Assembly (NCBI RefSeq): GCF_006345805.1
Contig: NC_042998.1
Coordinates: 193,874,001-193,938,000 of the forward strand
DNA: 64,000 bases
Source of the DNA: Octopus sinensis
Lineage: Eukaryota
Direction of reading: 5' to 3'
The position numbers and the translations under genes are program-made. Positions 63,331 through 64,000 of the stretch are shown here, piece by piece. Below the pieces are notes generated by a model. The model saw nothing but the letters and a program-made list of their open reading frames with translations, was not told where the DNA came from and did not search any database. Numbering within the stretch: position 1 is the first letter of the stretch; each line of letters starts with the position of its first letter.

Positions 63331-64000
63331 TACTCTATCTTATATATTAATTGCATGCAAAAACAAAATATTTAATCATTACATGAAATATTAGGGAACA
63401 GTGTATGACTTTGGGAATTATAGTTTGGCCACATTTGTCATGTTGGATTTTACAACTGATATTATCATCATCACAATTTTATATGTGCTTTTCTATGCTG
63501 GCATGAATTGGAGGTTTTCCTGGGGACACAGTTTTACAGCTGGATGCACTTCTTGTTGCCCACCCTTACAATATGCATGGACACTGTGTACCTATTCTAA
63601 AACCACAGTAAGCTATTACTAAACAGACTAATAAAAACTCAAATATAATAAGTCCTTTATAAAAGAATACATTGGCTTGCATCTATTAGTTCAGAAGACA
63701 ATTCCAGGTGTAATCTAGGACGATCTACATTTCATTGATACAGATACAAACAAAAATGTGAACAGTTAGAATATTTTCTGCAGTGTGTCAGTCAGTACAT
63801 CATTACATTAAACACCAAAATAGTTTCTGAATCTCCAGACTAGAAGTTGTGATATCTTAAGCACCCTGGTATCTATTTTAACTAATAATATAATGAAATT
63901 ATTGTATACAGTGCTCCGAAAGTCCTCTCCCCCATTGGTTCATTGGCGCAAAGTCATATTCTTAAGGTTATAAACCTGGAAAAGGACAGGACAAGTTATT

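Noticed and set aside
62561-64000. Upstream SELENOF exon (CxxLGF..CSSC)
   Set aside because: Not found by eye; probably outside the window.

Overview
AT-rich, repeat-dense animal genomic DNA. The SINE, LINE and microsatellite landscape looks like a coleoid cephalopod (Octopus-like); that assignment is inference from repeat style. The only securely identifiable gene is the 3' part of SELENOF (Sep15) on the minus strand, which the ORF track misses. It comprises a 64-nt exon with an in-frame UGA in the C-G-U motif (62497-62560), a terminal coding exon (61576-61754), a type II SECIS (about 61346-61414) and an AATAAA. A second, weaker candidate exon (29656-29888, minus) looks ZP-N-like. The rest is mostly transposons: three tRNA-type SINE families; R4/Dong, Tx1, CR1 and RTE LINE remnants; a mariner derivative; piggyBac-type and other MITEs; non-autonomous Helitrons; a ~5.7-kb 39-bp minisatellite; and many microsatellites that create spurious ORFs. 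The most unusual signal is a ~360-bp tandem and inverted array (1827-4267) flanked by (TA)n. Each unit carries a minimal type I hammerhead-ribozyme fold with a non-canonical CUGCAUUGA core, and the same core is kept in a diverged monomer 40 kb away. At least six further hammerhead-like motifs of other families sit next to (TA)n tracts, consistent with a Penelope/retrozyme-type system. All structures were read by eye; no searches or folding programs were run.
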